Source: Basidiobolus meristosporus CBS 931.73 (lineage: Eukaryota > Fungi > Basidiobolomycota). Taken from it: DNA of 56,296 nt. Positions 9,701 through 24,169 of the stretch are shown here, in pieces (within the stretch, counting starts at the first letter, position 1; each line of letters begins with the position of its first letter). The position numbers and the translations under genes were made by a program. A model generated the notes under the pieces. It saw only the letters and a program-made list of their open reading frames with translations. It ran no database searches and had not been told where the DNA came from. The stretch is from NCBI GenBank assembly GCA_002104905.1, contig MCFE01000580.1:1-56296 (forward strand), written 5' to 3'.

Positions 9701-10120
9701 ATTGTCTATATTTCTGTAGCTCACTGACACAAATATCCTCACGAGATTATTCCTGATTCCCCATTCAAACAGCCAATTAGCTATATCTGCTGACTTCATC
9801 GCAATCGCCCAATAAATCAGCTCTACGGGACGATCCAAGAATTAGACTCAACTTCGCCATATTTTAATATGATACGTGTGTATGTACATGTACTACAAAA
9901 GATACATGATTGGTATTAAGAGGGATCGCCTGATAATAACACGGAGTAACAATGGATGTCAATGTAAACAATAAGGCTTGGTGTAGATGATTAGGAAGGC
10001 CGAGGGTAGGCTCGGTTGGCGACCCCTGAGCCTCCTGAAAGTCACGCTTGGTGAGAATGAAAGTAAATGTAATATATTGGTGTAAAGTAGGTAAAACTCC
10101 ATGGATTTGCGCAGCCGGCA

Positions 10121-11643
10121 TCACCATCCGAATATTACATCTAATGCTTTGCCCCATGTGTTGTTCTCAGACTTGGCTCCCTCCGATTGAGACTGTGGCT
10201 GGGCCGAAGGAAGGTCAGTGGCCTGCTTGACGTTAAGTCCGGGTGCGCCGTTTCCTCTTCTCATAGTGGAAGTGGAGGTGTCAAGCAAGGAGGCGCTGGG
10301 TATATCCTGAGCAACTCTCTGGGATGCAATTGTTGATCCAGAAAGCATGGTCATCCTATTGCGATCTTCGGTTACCGATTGAACTGGTGGTGGTGTGTTG
10401 TATCCGTTGATACTGGAATTCATATCAGCAACCACCTCTCCGTTGGTGCCACTATTCAGATCCTGGGCAACTGGCACAACGCCGATCATGACTGAATTGT
10501 TGAAAATCTTGCCATTTTTGGCGAGTGCTCGGTGGGCTTGCCAACGAGATGTGTAGGTGATGGTCATCCAGTTACCACCAGATGGGGACATCTCATATGA
10601 GGTAACATCGCCGTAACTACGAAATTGGGATAAGATCAGTGAGGTGGCCGAGGGTGGGAACCCAAAGACAACCACGGAGTTAGAGGTCAACTGCATCGAG
10701 CGACTAAGCAATAAATGAGATGTTATAAATCACACTTTTTCCCTTCATTACCCGCGATCTTTGCGATACTTACTCCTGATCCAAACGGGTTGTGTGCGAG
10801 AACTCATTTTCACGAGGAACAGAGCTAGCTGAGGTAGAGGCAGACATGGCTGAAGGACGAGTGGCAGCAGCTCCAGAGTAAAATCCATTCTGTATCAATG
10901 ACGTTTACTAAGAATCTCACTATTACCACAACGAAAGAATCAACTTACATCCCTGGGCCCTTGAGGCGAGGCTTCCATATCATAGATTGATTCAGAAGGT
11001 GGAACATCTTCATTGTTCGAGTACGCGCTCATGGATCTATTGCAAAAAATCGAGAGTTTTCAGTATGAAGCATTGTACGTTAATAGCGTGAAAAATCTTA
11101 CCTGGACTCATACAGATCACGAGTGGCACCACCTGAAGCGGGCTTTTGTGGACTACAAACGAACAGGATAAGCGGGAAAGAAAATGTGCCAAAAATGCTG
11201 GGCTACACACCTTGACCAACCAGAAGCTCTCTTATTGGGTGTGGCAAATTCGGTGTTATAGGAAGTGGCGGGCTTGAAGGGTAGAGTTAGCTCTGGCATC
11301 GTGAAGAGAGAAATCCGAGTGGAATTACCTGTCCTTGAGCAGCATTCATCAAGAATGAAGGTAAATAATTTGCCTTTGGGCTTTGTGAAACGTTAGGTGT
11401 AGGTGGAGATCTTTGGGTCACTCCATCAGAACCCATGAGAAATTGCGAGCTGGAGAAGCTATCTTCTCTGACAAAAGAATTTTGTCGGGCTTGGGGTTGA
11501 CTCGACTGACGCAAAGAGCCATATGGATTGGTATTTGACATAGATCTGGGCGGATTTCCTGCGGGCGTGCTTGACACTTGAGAGCTATTAGGGTTGTTGA
11601 AGGAGATCCGATTACCAGCAACTTGAAGTGGTGTTCCGTACAT
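10121..11643 (-). CDS. NUP53: Nucleoporin Nup53/Nup35 (multi-exon)
   Basis: MPPN-type RRM (VVVFGFPP..ILSQFRSYG..GNWMTITY..A..ALAKNG..IGV) and C-terminal amphipathic WGKALDVIFGW. Upstream Ser/Pro-rich exons start at MYGTP (11643) and include YLPSFLM. Confidence 0.88.
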
Positions 11644-12252
11644 GTTGTGAATATAAAAGAAAGTAGATTTTGGTGGAAGAGAGCAATGGCAACGAGTAAC
11701 CTGCGACAAAAACCTAGACTAAATTTACTGCTCAACGCACCGTTTTTTTTGTCCCGCTCATAACAACTTTCAGCGATTTCGATGATTTCATTGTTTGTGT
11801 GCCACGTGATTTGTGCCATTCACAAAACAAAAATCAAGGATCTATGAAAAATCCGAAAAAGCCGAGAACAAATTTCGCAGTGGATATATATTTTTATTCC
11901 TGTAGTGGCAGCGGCATGAGCAGACTTCAGGCTTGAAATTAGGGGGATATCGTTTCAGAGATCCAATCTTTTCTTTATACAAGGATGAGGGTTGGGTGCG
12001 TAATGGGATGTTAGCCCAAATGTGTGCCTCTCAGTCTATGTCTGTGTAAAAAAGGAGAGGCTACAGCACGGGCATATGTTGAGATGATGTTGGGTGGGAG
12101 GGGAGGAGAGATCGATAAATGGAAATGATAGTTTGATGATAATAAGGAACGGATGATGTTAACTCTATAGATTATATGATATGGATATGGTAACAATAGA
12201 GACGAAGGTGAAGATAGGATTGTGCCGATTGAATTCCCCCTTAGTTCGGCTC

Positions 12253-13808
12253 TTAATTCATGCAACCCTCTTCATACGCACGCCACAATTCCTTCTTTAT
12301 CGCTTCGAGCTCTTGATGAAGATTGCAATATTGCTTGGCCCATTTGGTTACCTCATTAGCATTGTGCTTAGCAAGCTCCACGTCGATCTTTCGCTTCAAT
12401 TCAGATTCTTGAGGGGTTCCGATGGCTGTTTGAAGCTGCTCATTAAGCTTCTCGAATATTGGTCGTCTCTTGGATAGCTTCTCATTCAGGCGGATGTAAC
12501 TAGAATACTTGACTCGGAAAAGGGCAGTCAAATCTTGGTAATCAGATGCCGTTTTTACAGCTGGGATGCGGAATCCTTTCGACTTTCGAATAGATGCGGT
12601 TTTCTCACGAACGAGAAGAGAGCGCTTGGGAATCTTGATATTATAGATAGACGATGTCTCCTTCATTACGCGTGCTTTCTTCAAAGGAGTGGCAGTATTT
12701 CTACATATCTTAGTATTGCGCTGGAGTTCGGTAGAGCGGGCAGTCGACCTATGCTTCACCCCATCAGGGACAACAAACACTGGATTCCTAACTGGAACTG
12801 GCTCATCATCCACTGAGATAGGGGACTCAGCTTTGCGCTTGTAGGTTTCGACTGGAGCAGCTTGAGCTTGATTAGAGTCTGCAGATATATGCGCCTCTTG
12901 CTTCGATGTGGAGCCCGTGTGACTACGCTCATGAGTAGGTTCATTACCAAGAGCCTCTTGTACATTAAGTAAAACAGTCGCACGTTGTTCAGTGGTGTAG
13001 AGCGTCCAACCGTCAATCTGAACCTCACTGTATAACTCTGGCTTTAGAGACCATATACCCCCAGAAACAGTGCCAACCTTTTCAATGTAATGAAATTGTT
13101 AGTAAAGACTCCCAGCTTATCAAATCATTTTTGAAGAAAATCAAACCTGGTTCAAAGCTCTGATAAGTTCATCCTTGGGCTTCTTGACGGCCATGGCTAT
13201 TTGAGCTTGTCCCATTGGCTTGAGAGCAAGCATTTGAAGGATTCTTGTCCTTAAGGTAATGCTTTGCTCAATGGAAGAACTCAACTCACCGGCACCAGCA
13301 GATAATGACTTGGTATCCTGCTTTTGAGCTATATAGAAGGTTGAATATTATTAGGAACAGCGAAGAAGTTCTGCGTTGGTATATTGTTACTGACTTTCAA
13401 CTGTTGTCAATCGGACACGACCTCTATCTCGGCTTCTTTCGGGTAATTTACGCTGCACAGCTAGTCGATGGGACATTTCTCCAACGAGATTGAGCTCAGA
13501 ATCAGCGGCCTCTTTCTTGTAAATCTGAACTCGTTGAAGCTCGTCCACTTTATCGAACTTGAAAGAAACAGAGCCGATGGTGATTTTCTATAAAAATAAG
13601 GAGTAAAGTAGGCTACTGATAAATAACAGGTCTGAAATAACCACTTGTCATAAATTGCACTCACTTGGTCAGTACCGAAGTGAATCTTCATAGGCTCGCC
13701 ACTTTGATTTTGTAGGGATTTTAACATATCTTCCGATAGTCGAACAGCCATTATACGGCGACCTGGAGAGTTGGCCGCATTAAGGCACAATTTGGTGTCT
13801 GGATTCAT
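12253..13808 (-). CDS. ELL: RNA polymerase II elongation factor ELL-like protein (multi-exon)
   Basis: N-terminal region (VRLSEDML..LVGEMSHRLAVQ), central winged helix (LRTRILQMLALKP..SLKPELYSEVQIDGW..Y), and C-terminal occludin/ELL domain (DYQDLTALFRVKYSSY..L..Y..LHQELEAIKKEL). Confidence 0.78.
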
Positions 13809-14609
13809 GTTGAGGTTCTATGCAACGAAGGAAAGAGTGAAGAGTGATAACACTATACTATAAAAATTAACTATAGCAAGTGAGATGTCAATAAAGATTC
13901 TGTTGAGTATGGTGCGTTCTAATATGAATATAACAGCTTTGTTTATCCAACTTCTTACTACAGAGTTCCTTCAACTGTTACCAGAGCAAAAAGGCCAAGT
14001 TACTACGTCGTCCTAGGAAATTATTTATCCTTCTTTTTTCAGAATCATCCAAGCGGGAATTACCTTTTTCGTACCATGGAGGAGCAGCACCATTGGCTCA
14101 TAGAGAACGATGTACAAGAGACTATGGAACCCTTAATTAACATCGGATTTTTTTTCCTGGAGACTAATTGTTTTTACTTGGAGCTCGGCTATCTAGTATG
14201 CTTTTTTTCTTTTTTTCTGATCACAGTGGGTCTTTTTTTCTTAACGGAAAAGCCAGTCCTTTTTTATGCAGTCTAGAATTGAAATATTCCTCAATTTCGT
14301 TGTGTGACTGTGGTTAACTTTATCACTTAATTTGTGTTCCATAGTATGCCAGAATGGTACTTGGGCTTTAACAATGCTTCCATCACAACTGCACGTGCTA
14401 GTATTCTAGAATAGTGTTGGATTCAGAATGTTTTGATCCATCTACTACCAAGTCTGATGGTTGAATGCTGCGATGCACATCTGTCCATATTGATATTGAA
14501 GGTAGTGATGCTTTAATATTCAAGGGTTGCGGTGTAAATAGCTTCAAGTATGGTAATAGTATGAAATGGCTCATCTGCATAAAATATGTCATTTTCTAGA
14601 AACTTATGT

Positions 14610-15975
<1,366 letters not shown>

Positions 15976-16249
15976 TGTAGTTAATGTATTCGTGGTAGTT
16001 GGTTGAAGGTAGTTATCTCTCTTGAGTAGTCCTCGAATCTATGAGGGGTGATCCAAGTCACTCTCATAAATCCATGCATGGCTACGCACTGGACGGTAGT
16101 CGAATCAGATCAAATGCTCTATTGATCATTGTATTCGAGAGCTGACTCACTGATGATTTGATTTTAAGCAGATACGCAATAATCATTGAGGAAACTTCAT
16201 AATAACTTCGCGTGACAGCTCGTTTCGGGACAACTCAACTCTCTTTCAA
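15976..16249. promoter_or_regulatory. Putative compact bidirectional promoter GTR1 / SLA2
   Basis: 274 bp between divergent start codons. Individual elements are not identified. Confidence 0.5.
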
Positions 16250-19200
16250 ATGTCCATACGCCAATTTCGAGATAAAGGTGACCAAGAGTTAGCTCTTATC
16301 ATCAAGAAAGCTGTAAGCCCCGAGGAAACTGCTCCTAAACAAAAGCATGTCAGAAGTAAGTTGTTCTTAAGAAATCCTGTACTTCCTTATACTAACCTTG
16401 GGTGATTTTTCTGTTGTTAGGCTGCATAGTATACACCTGGGACCACAAGTCCTCTCAAATGTTCTGGGCTGGGTTGAAAAGCCTACCTCTTTTATCAGAT
16501 GAAGTTCAGTGTTTTAAAGCCCTCATCACCATCCACAAAGTTATTCGAGGAGGTCATCCAGTGGTAATTTCTCACACACAAAGAAACCGTTCTTTTTGAA
16601 ACATATTTTTCTCACACCATCGTCACATAAGACTCTAAGAGAAGCGGTCAATGAGTTCGGGTTTCTTGATACCCTAGCACAATCTGCTCCGGGCAATGGG
16701 TTCCGAGGTTTGTAGTCGATTTCAGGAGCCGATTTCAACAACGTTACTCACAGAGAGTTCTTAGGCTACGGTGTTCTCATACGCGGCTATGTATCTTTCC
16801 TCTTAGCCAAATTGGATTATCACCGCCTTCACCCCGAGTTCAACGGTAACTTCGATTACGATGAATACATCAGTCTCAAGGGTATTAGTGATCTCAATGA
16901 AGGGTAACGCTCATTAGCAAACACGTTCAACCTGTGACATCACTTACTAAATTCTCTTGGACCCTAGTTACGAGACCATTGGAGATTTGCTTACACTACA
17001 GGACCGTGTTGATGAACTTCAAAAGTTGATTTTCAACAATTTTCAGGCCTCTTCTAACAACGAGTGCCGCATCGCAGCTTTAGTGCCGCTTGTGGAGGAG
17101 AGTTACGGCATTTACGAATTTTCCACTAGAATGTTGATGGCTATGCATAGAAGTAAGTATAGGCACTTGACTTGGCGGCAAACCATCCCAGTTCCTTCAA
17201 AGAAAGTGGTCATTAAATATCGTATGCATTCGTACAGGTGTTGAGGCTCACGAAGCTTTGGAGGCACTGCGTTCACGGTTCAATGCTCAACATTATGCAC
17301 TTCGGAAATTCTTCTACGAATGCTCAAATTTGAAATACTTGACCAGTTTGATTCCAGTACCCCATCTTCAGCAGGTAAGCTCTTCTGTTAGTTACATCTT
17401 GGTCTTTATAACTTGCTCATTGTACTATTTCGTCTTTTGTAGGATCCACCCAACTTTTTAGATGCTGGTGAAGATGTAACACCATCTTCAGCATCGTCAG
17501 CGGCTCCTCGACAAATTACTTCAACCGCTGCTCAGGAAACTGTCCCAGATACGGGAGATTTCTGGTACCAGCAGCAACAAGAGCAATTAGCTCTACAGAG
17601 GGAACAGCAACGTCAGCAAGATCTTTTACAACAGCAAGAGCAACAACGCCAACAAGAGATTCTCCGTCAGCAGCAGTTAGCCGAACAGCGTCAACAGGAG
17701 CTTTTGCGTCAGCAAGAGCAGCAACGACAAGAGGAACTTCAACGTCAACAACAAATGGAAGCACAATTAGCCCAACAGCGCCGTGAGTACGAAGAGCAGC
17801 AGAGGCAAATGATGGAACGCCAACAACAGGCCCAGGAGCAATTGGCTCGTCAGCAGATGCAGCAGCACGTTGTGGGTCGACTACAAGAAATGGAGCAAGA
17901 GCTTTTAAATTACCGTGGTCAACATGAGCGTAATCAAATGACCCTTTCTCAGTACGATCGCCGAGTAAAAGCACTGGAAAGCGAATTATCCAACCTAAAC
18001 TTTGCTCAACAGCAAAGGGATGGCAACAAAGAAGCATTGCTAAAAGCACTGAGAGAGGAGCTAGCTATGTGGAAATCTAAATACGAACAATTGGCCAAAC
18101 TCTATTCACAATTAAGACAAGAACACCTGGCACTATTGGGTAAATACAAGCAAGCCAATGTAAAAGCAGGCTCTGTGGCCGAAATCATGTCCAAACTAGA
18201 GGGGTTACAAGCCGAGCTAAAGGCCAAGAATTCCGAGCTAGCTGAGAAAATTAGAGATCGGGATCGTGCCAGAGCTGACCTTGAGAAGTTCAAGTATGGT
18301 CAAAGGGAAGGTCTTTCGAAAACAAGACGAGAACTTTCTTACGCTAAAAGTGAATTGGAACGTCTTGAAAAATCGCAGGTGGAGGAGTCCGACACCCTCT
18401 TGTCAGATTTCAATCGCAAGAAAGAGGAGCTAGAAAAGGGAATTTCTGACAGTCAAAGAAATATTGACCAAATGCTGAAGCGGATTCAAGAGGCTCGTGA
18501 CGAGCTTACTCGAGTAGGAGAGAGCAGAGAGGAGGAGGTTGCTATTTTGCAAGCTGGTATGGACCAGAGCTTGATGGCCCTGGCTGAGCTACAAAACAAC
18601 TCTGCGAATTCAGAGTCAGACATGCAAAAAAAGCTAGAGAGCATGAAATCCACTCATCGGGCCAAACTCAACAAAATCCTGGATGCTATCCTTGAAAGCT
18701 GTATTCGTAAAGTAGACGATTCCGTCTTTGAGTTGGAATCTGAAGTACATCTTGGCAACCAATCTGCTACTCCTGAATATGTACTCTCTATGATTGAAAA
18801 AGCCTACATTGCCAGCAGTGAATTTGCCATCAACGTCATGAAGTATTTGTCCGGAGACGATGATCAAACGGAGGTTATATCCGCTGCCACAGGTTTTGCC
18901 GAAGCTATCTCACAATTCTTGAGCAACACTAAGGGGGTTTCTCGCCTTGCTGAAGACAACAAAGTGGAGCCTCTTATCAAGGCCGCCAAGAATTCTGCGC
19001 AAGTGTGTCAAAAATTCTTCCGAGATATGGAATCTGAGAACATTGCCAACGTTCCCGATACCGATCGCCCCGATTTGATCGCTGAATCCAACCATAATAT
19101 GCAAGCCTCTTTAACCTCAGTCATCGAGCTCACCGAGGCGCTTATCCCCAAAGCCACTGTAGTCAAGAGCGGTGACGAGGATTTGGGCGATGCAGTAGAG

Positions 19201-19908
19201 CGAGAGATGAGAAATGCAGCCAGGGTTATTGAAGAGGCCAATGCAAGATTAGCAAACTTGATGAACAAACCTCGCAATCCAGAGATCACGGCAACTGAAT
19301 ATCAAGTTCACTCCGCTATTTTGGATTCAGCTATGGCCATGACCAGTGCTATTGCTAACCTTATTCGTCGTGCTACAATCTCTCAGCAGGAGATCGTTGC
19401 TGAAGGAAAGGGTTCCAGTTCCACCACTGCCTTTTACAAGAAAAACAATCGTTGGACTGAGGGTTTAATCTCTGCGGCCAAGGCTGTGGCGGTGGCCACC
19501 AACTTCTTGGTTGAAGCTGCTGATGGTGTGATCAATGGAACACACATTCTTGAACAGTTGATCGTAGCTTCCAATGAAGTTGCTGCAGCTACTGCACAAT
19601 TGGTAGCCGCTTCTCGTGTGAAGGCCAACATGTATTCCAAAACTCAGGAGCAACTCGAACTGGCCTCCAAGGCTGTTACTGATGCCTCCAAGAACATGGT
19701 TAAAGCTGTCAAGGCGATTGCAGCCAAGCAACTCGAAGAACAGGATACGCAGTTGGACCTGGCCAATATGCCTAAGCATGAATTTAAGGTGAAGGAGATG
19801 GAGCAGTTGATGGAGCTCAACAACCTTGAAATCGAGCTTACCTACGCTAGAAGAAAGTTGGCAGAAATGAGACGACACGGATATCACAACGAGCAGGATG
19901 TTATCTAA
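16250..19908 (+). CDS. SLA2: Sla2/End4 (HIP1R-like) endocytic adaptor: ANTH, Q-rich coiled coil, I/LWEQ (multi-exon)
   Basis: IKKAVSPEETAPKQKHVR/CIVYTWDH ANTH start; C-terminal FYKKNNRWTEGLISAAKAVA..QLVAASRVKA..EMEQ talin-like domain. Confidence 0.96.
17570..17870 (+). repeat. Gln-rich imperfect repeats (QQRQQELLRQQE-like) inside SLA2
   Basis: CAG/CAA-rich tract with recurring QQRQQ(D/E)(L/I)L units about 11-12 aa apart. Confidence 0.8.
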
Positions 19909-20550
19909 TGATGATGCATTTTAACGTTTATCGGCAGTTACTATCATTAGTTCTTTGCACAGCGTAACGTACAGGCTGGGATCTTTTCATTTTGTCACAT
20001 TTTTTGAACACCAACACAGAGGCTGCTTGAATAAATGTTGGTTTTGTTGTATTATAATTATTCGATCTATCGGGCTAGCATGAGAAACATTCATCCAGAG
20101 CGGGCTGTGTTTCAAACTCTGTTATCCTGGTTTAAGACTCAAACTTGTATGAAGTTAGCGCTCCAATCACCACCCTGAGTTCGAGATGATCTTGGGGAGT
20201 GTGATCGTCGTCAACGCCCTACACGGGCAATGGACAGCTCAAGACCTCTCAGAGTAACACGCGTGGAGGATTTGAGATTCACCTTAATATCAGGAATCAT
20301 GGCTTGCGATGCTTGCTTACTCTATTTCCTCACCATTGTACCAGCCTATGGATGATGATTGATTGTCCTTGCTTGAAACGGTTTCTGGTATCACCTAGCC
20401 TCCAGCTTATAAAATCATCATGCCAAACGAATTATCCTGTTTGAGTGCTGACTTCTTTCCACCTTTGCATTCGGCATCCGCTCTACATTGGCTCACTTGT
20501 TTCCCGACCCTGTAGAAAACCTTTTCTGACGAAACCGCTCCATTTTGGAG

Positions 20551-21765
20551 ATGCCTATCATATATGATGCCTCAGATAACCAGGTTGAAATTAAGCGTAT
20601 TATTACCTCAATTTTTAGCGCGATATCGCTTCTAGGTGGCCTCTTTGTAGTGCTCACCATAATATATATAAGAGTTTACCGTCCTCTCCTGGCAAACCGA
20701 CTCTCATTAAAGCTAACCTTTTGGATAGCTCTGGCCGACATTGTTTATAGTATATTTGTGCTCATTTTACAACGCAAAATCTCCTCCAACCAACTGTGCG
20801 CGCTTTTCTTATGGGGCTATCTGGAGTTTACACTGTTGCCGGTTTTCCTGACCGCCACCATCGCATTCAATTTGCATGCGATATTCGTCAGCGACATATA
20901 CGATGTCGTGCGCTATCAGAAATTCTATTTTCCTTCTGCTCTGACTCTGGCAACCAGTATTAGTCTGGTACCACTGGCTGCCAATCAGTTCGAGGCCGAC
21001 CCGGTGGTAGGCACTTGCTGGTATAGCTCTACCTACACGAGCCGGACCATGATTTGGGAGATATGCACTCTGTTCGGCTGGGTTTTCATAGTTGTCCTGT
21101 ATTGCATCTTCGCCGTATGTTTCATTGGATACAAGTTACACAAGCACGAGCAAAACTTGAGATCCAACATCTCGGTAGATATGCATTTCGTCAACCGTAA
21201 GATGAACAAGGCGATGCGTCGGATCATTCTTTACCCGGTGGTACTGATTGTTACACAAACCTTCAATTGCCTTTGCGAGTTCTACACGTTCATCCACGGG
21301 GAGCTCCACTTTTCCCTGTATTTACTGTCGGCAGTGCTACCGGCCTGCGCCGGGTTACTCAACGCCATTGTGTTCATCTTTGACCCAGCGGTGCAGGAGC
21401 TTCTCCACAGGAATCGCAGAGGCTCCACCACCCATGGGAGCCCGTCTGAAGATCGTTCATTCTACCTCTCCAAGTCTATGAATGAAATAGGGCAGAAACA
21501 ACCGAAATCCCCTTCGCAGCTACTGAAGCCCATGGAGTTTTCCGCGGACTCTGATATCTTGTTGCGAATCAGCCCTCCATCCCCTATGACTCATAGCTCT
21601 ATCAGCAAACTGAAGCCGAGCTACCAAGTCCAGGAGGTGCCGCCAAACCATCAGGTTACCTTCAACGACAGCACCCTCTCGACAGACTCATCCATGGCCC
21701 CGGGCCCAGAATCACACCCATTGCATTCCCCACCACGAAAGACCAAGCTCATGTCCCTCATCTAA
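20551..21765 (+). CDS. GPCR of the Git3 / cAMP-receptor-like family, intronless
   Basis: Seven TMs; SLLGGLFVV, RLSLKL..IALAD, C in TM3, TCWY in ECL2, RRIILYPVVL, GLLNAIVF; Ser/Pro-rich C-tail. Confidence 0.85.
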   Translation: MPIIYDASDNQVEIKRIITSIFSAISLLGGLFVVLTIIYIRVYRPLLANRLSLKLTFWIALADIVYSIFVLILQRKISSNQLCALFLWGYLEFTLLPVFLTATIAFNLHAIFVSDIYDVVRYQKFYFPSALTLATSISLVPLAANQFEADPVVGTCWYSSTYTSRTMIWEICTLFGWVFIVVLYCIFAVCFIGYKLHKHEQNLRSNISVDMHFVNRKMNKAMRRIILYPVVLIVTQTFNCLCEFYTFIHGELHFSLYLLSAVLPACAGLLNAIVFIFDPAVQELLHRNRRGSTTHGSPSEDRSFYLSKSMNEIGQKQPKSPSQLLKPMEFSADSDILLRISPPSPMTHSSISKLKPSYQVQEVPPNHQVTFNDSTLSTDSSMAPGPESHPLHSPPRKTKLMSLI

Positions 21766-22136
21766 ATTATCCCTGCCCCCCACAGACGCTGGGATCGAAG
21801 TCACATCAAGCGCATCTACCAATTTTGCTGGCTCCTCCCAGTATTCCTAACCACCTTGTCTGCAATTTCTCTGTAAATAACTCATGTATACAAGCAATAC
21901 CTATGTTATTTGGCACTTTCATAAGAAATTTAAAATAATGTATTCAACTAGCTTAGGTAGTCGACGGTGGTTGTTCGCCAGGTAAAGCGGGCTTCTATGG
22001 CGAGAAGGGATCTATGTAAAGTGAAGCATCACCAGGGCCGTGGTCCATGGATACACGAATAAAATACAACGACAGAAGAAATCCATCCAAGTAGTGGTTC
22101 GGCCAACTTCCATTCTCTTACCCACTCGACCAGACT

Positions 22137-23726
22137 CTAGTTTTCTTTTTCCTCAGGCTTCGGCTGTTGAACATAGTGGGAGATCACCATGGTGATGATG
22201 ACCATTGTTATGCAACCAAATCCATAACAATGCGTACTCCCAAAGATCCAATAGAACGTGCTGGCAGCAACCGGTCCAGCTGCTCGCCCAATCTGTCCGT
22301 AGGCCCGAAACGTTCCCAACACATGGCCGCGTGCCAACTGATCGTTCAGCTCTTGGTCACAATGTAAAGAGACCAAGGCGGTGAGGCAATTTACCACCGT
22401 CGCCGAGGTAAAAGCCAGGAAGGCCGCGCCCACGTACAGCCAGGGCATGGATCTCCTTCCTATGGCAAAAAACGCTATGGAACCCAAGCCCAATGCACAT
22501 CCGGCCACTCCCTGGATCACGATCCGCTTCTCTCCAACCTTGTACGCCATCCTTCGGACATAGCCGCCCTGGAGCAGTGCAGACAAGATTCCAATAAAGC
22601 CAAGCAGTTTTCCTTGCTGCATGTTGTTGAAATCGAATATGTCGAAAGTGAGGAAGGTGATGGTATACTCCATACCAGAGAAGATGAAGATGAACCCGAG
22701 ATGGATCCAGTTCAAAAAGCCGAGGCTCCGGATCTTCTGTCGGATCATCTGGTCTCGTTTGGTGTTGTTGCTCTGCGCGCTGGTTTCGGGTGGTTCCTGG
22801 TGTTTTCTGTAGTGAATGGTTTCCTCGAGGAAAAAATACAGGTAAACGATCTCTACGACCACCAAGGCCAGAGATATGAAGGCCGCGTAAGAGTACGGAT
22901 GAAGTCCCCATGCTGCAATATCTGGGTACAGTGCGGATAGATCTTTGGAAGCGAAAAATGCACCAGTAGCAGGGCCAAAAGTGAAAGCGATAGCAAAGGC
23001 AACCCCGATCAACGCCTGTGGTCGTATGTTAGTGTCGGGGCCATATTTCTTTTAGATGGATGGTTTCTTACCAAGCCCTTGGACCGGGTTTCCGGGGTAG
23101 TGATATCCGAAATGATCGCGTTGGAAAGCTGCACATTCCCCTCACATAATCCGCCCACCACTCGAAACAGCACGAAGGTCTTGAAATCATGGGCGAATAC
23201 CCAAACGAGACAGGAGAGTGCATTGCCAAGCTGTGCGTGAGGAGAATTAGAGCTTATTGAACGCGAACTATGAGCCGAGTACGAAACTTACCGTGGTTAT
23301 CAAAAGCACCTTTCTGCGACCATACTTATCTGATAGACGGCCAATTAAAGGGGCCACCAGACTTTGTAGAAGCGAGAACAATGAGCCAAGAACCCCTCCC
23401 AACAGAACAATATCCACTCTGGAGACCGACGTTTCTCCAATCACGTTCTTCTTAAAGTGGCCGATATAATACATCAACGAGCCCAACAAGGTATCCTGTA
23501 AGGAAAGATCTCAACGGAACAATTCGCACACAACAAACGAGGAAAGGTGAAAACCTACCGCTTGGTTCATTTCAACCCCTTCATAGTATTCTATGAGTCT
23601 TGGCAGCAAGGGGAGAATAATAGTGAAAGACAAAATGTCCAGAAGCAACGCTATGAACACCACGGTCAGTATCCTGTAGGGGACTCCCTGCGTAGTGGTC
23701 GGAGGATTGGTTCTCACTTTCGCCAT
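22137..23726 (-). CDS. MFS transporter, MFSD10/TETRAN-like (multi-exon)
   Basis: ALLLDILSFTIILPLLP, GRLSDKYGRRKVLL (MFS motif A), IGVAFAIAFTFGPATG, SGMEYTITFLT, GQIGRAAGP. Confidence 0.9.
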
Positions 23727-24169
23727 GACAGTTTGGTTCAACAAAGTTTATGCTCCACCCGTTTAAGTACAGAAAACCCTGGCTGAATTTGGCATACGTA
23801 CGTAGAATCGTGGCATTCTGAGTCGGCTGATTGATGTGGTAATCATTTGTGCAGAAGGAGATTAATCGAAACCAAATCGAAAGGAATCGTGTTGAAGCCT
23901 ATTTTTGATGTGCCCCTGGATCAGGTAATCCCGGAGAAACTCCACCGTAAATGGAACCTTTTCGCCGAAAATAACAATAGTATCGACACACCTCCACTCT
24001 GGCCGGTTTTAGTAATTTTGGAAAACATAATTTATATCTTGGCACCATTTGACAGAGGATAGAGCAGTGGTTGCCATGGGAAGTGAAGGGTGAGGCTACC
24101 AAGCCGCTCACTGTTTGTGAAAACACAACCAAAACGTGATGATACATGCTGGCCAAGACTGGTCTCAGA

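Noticed and set aside
17516-18049. 177-aa antisense ORF
   Set aside because: Mirror of the CAG/CAA-rich SLA2 coding strand.
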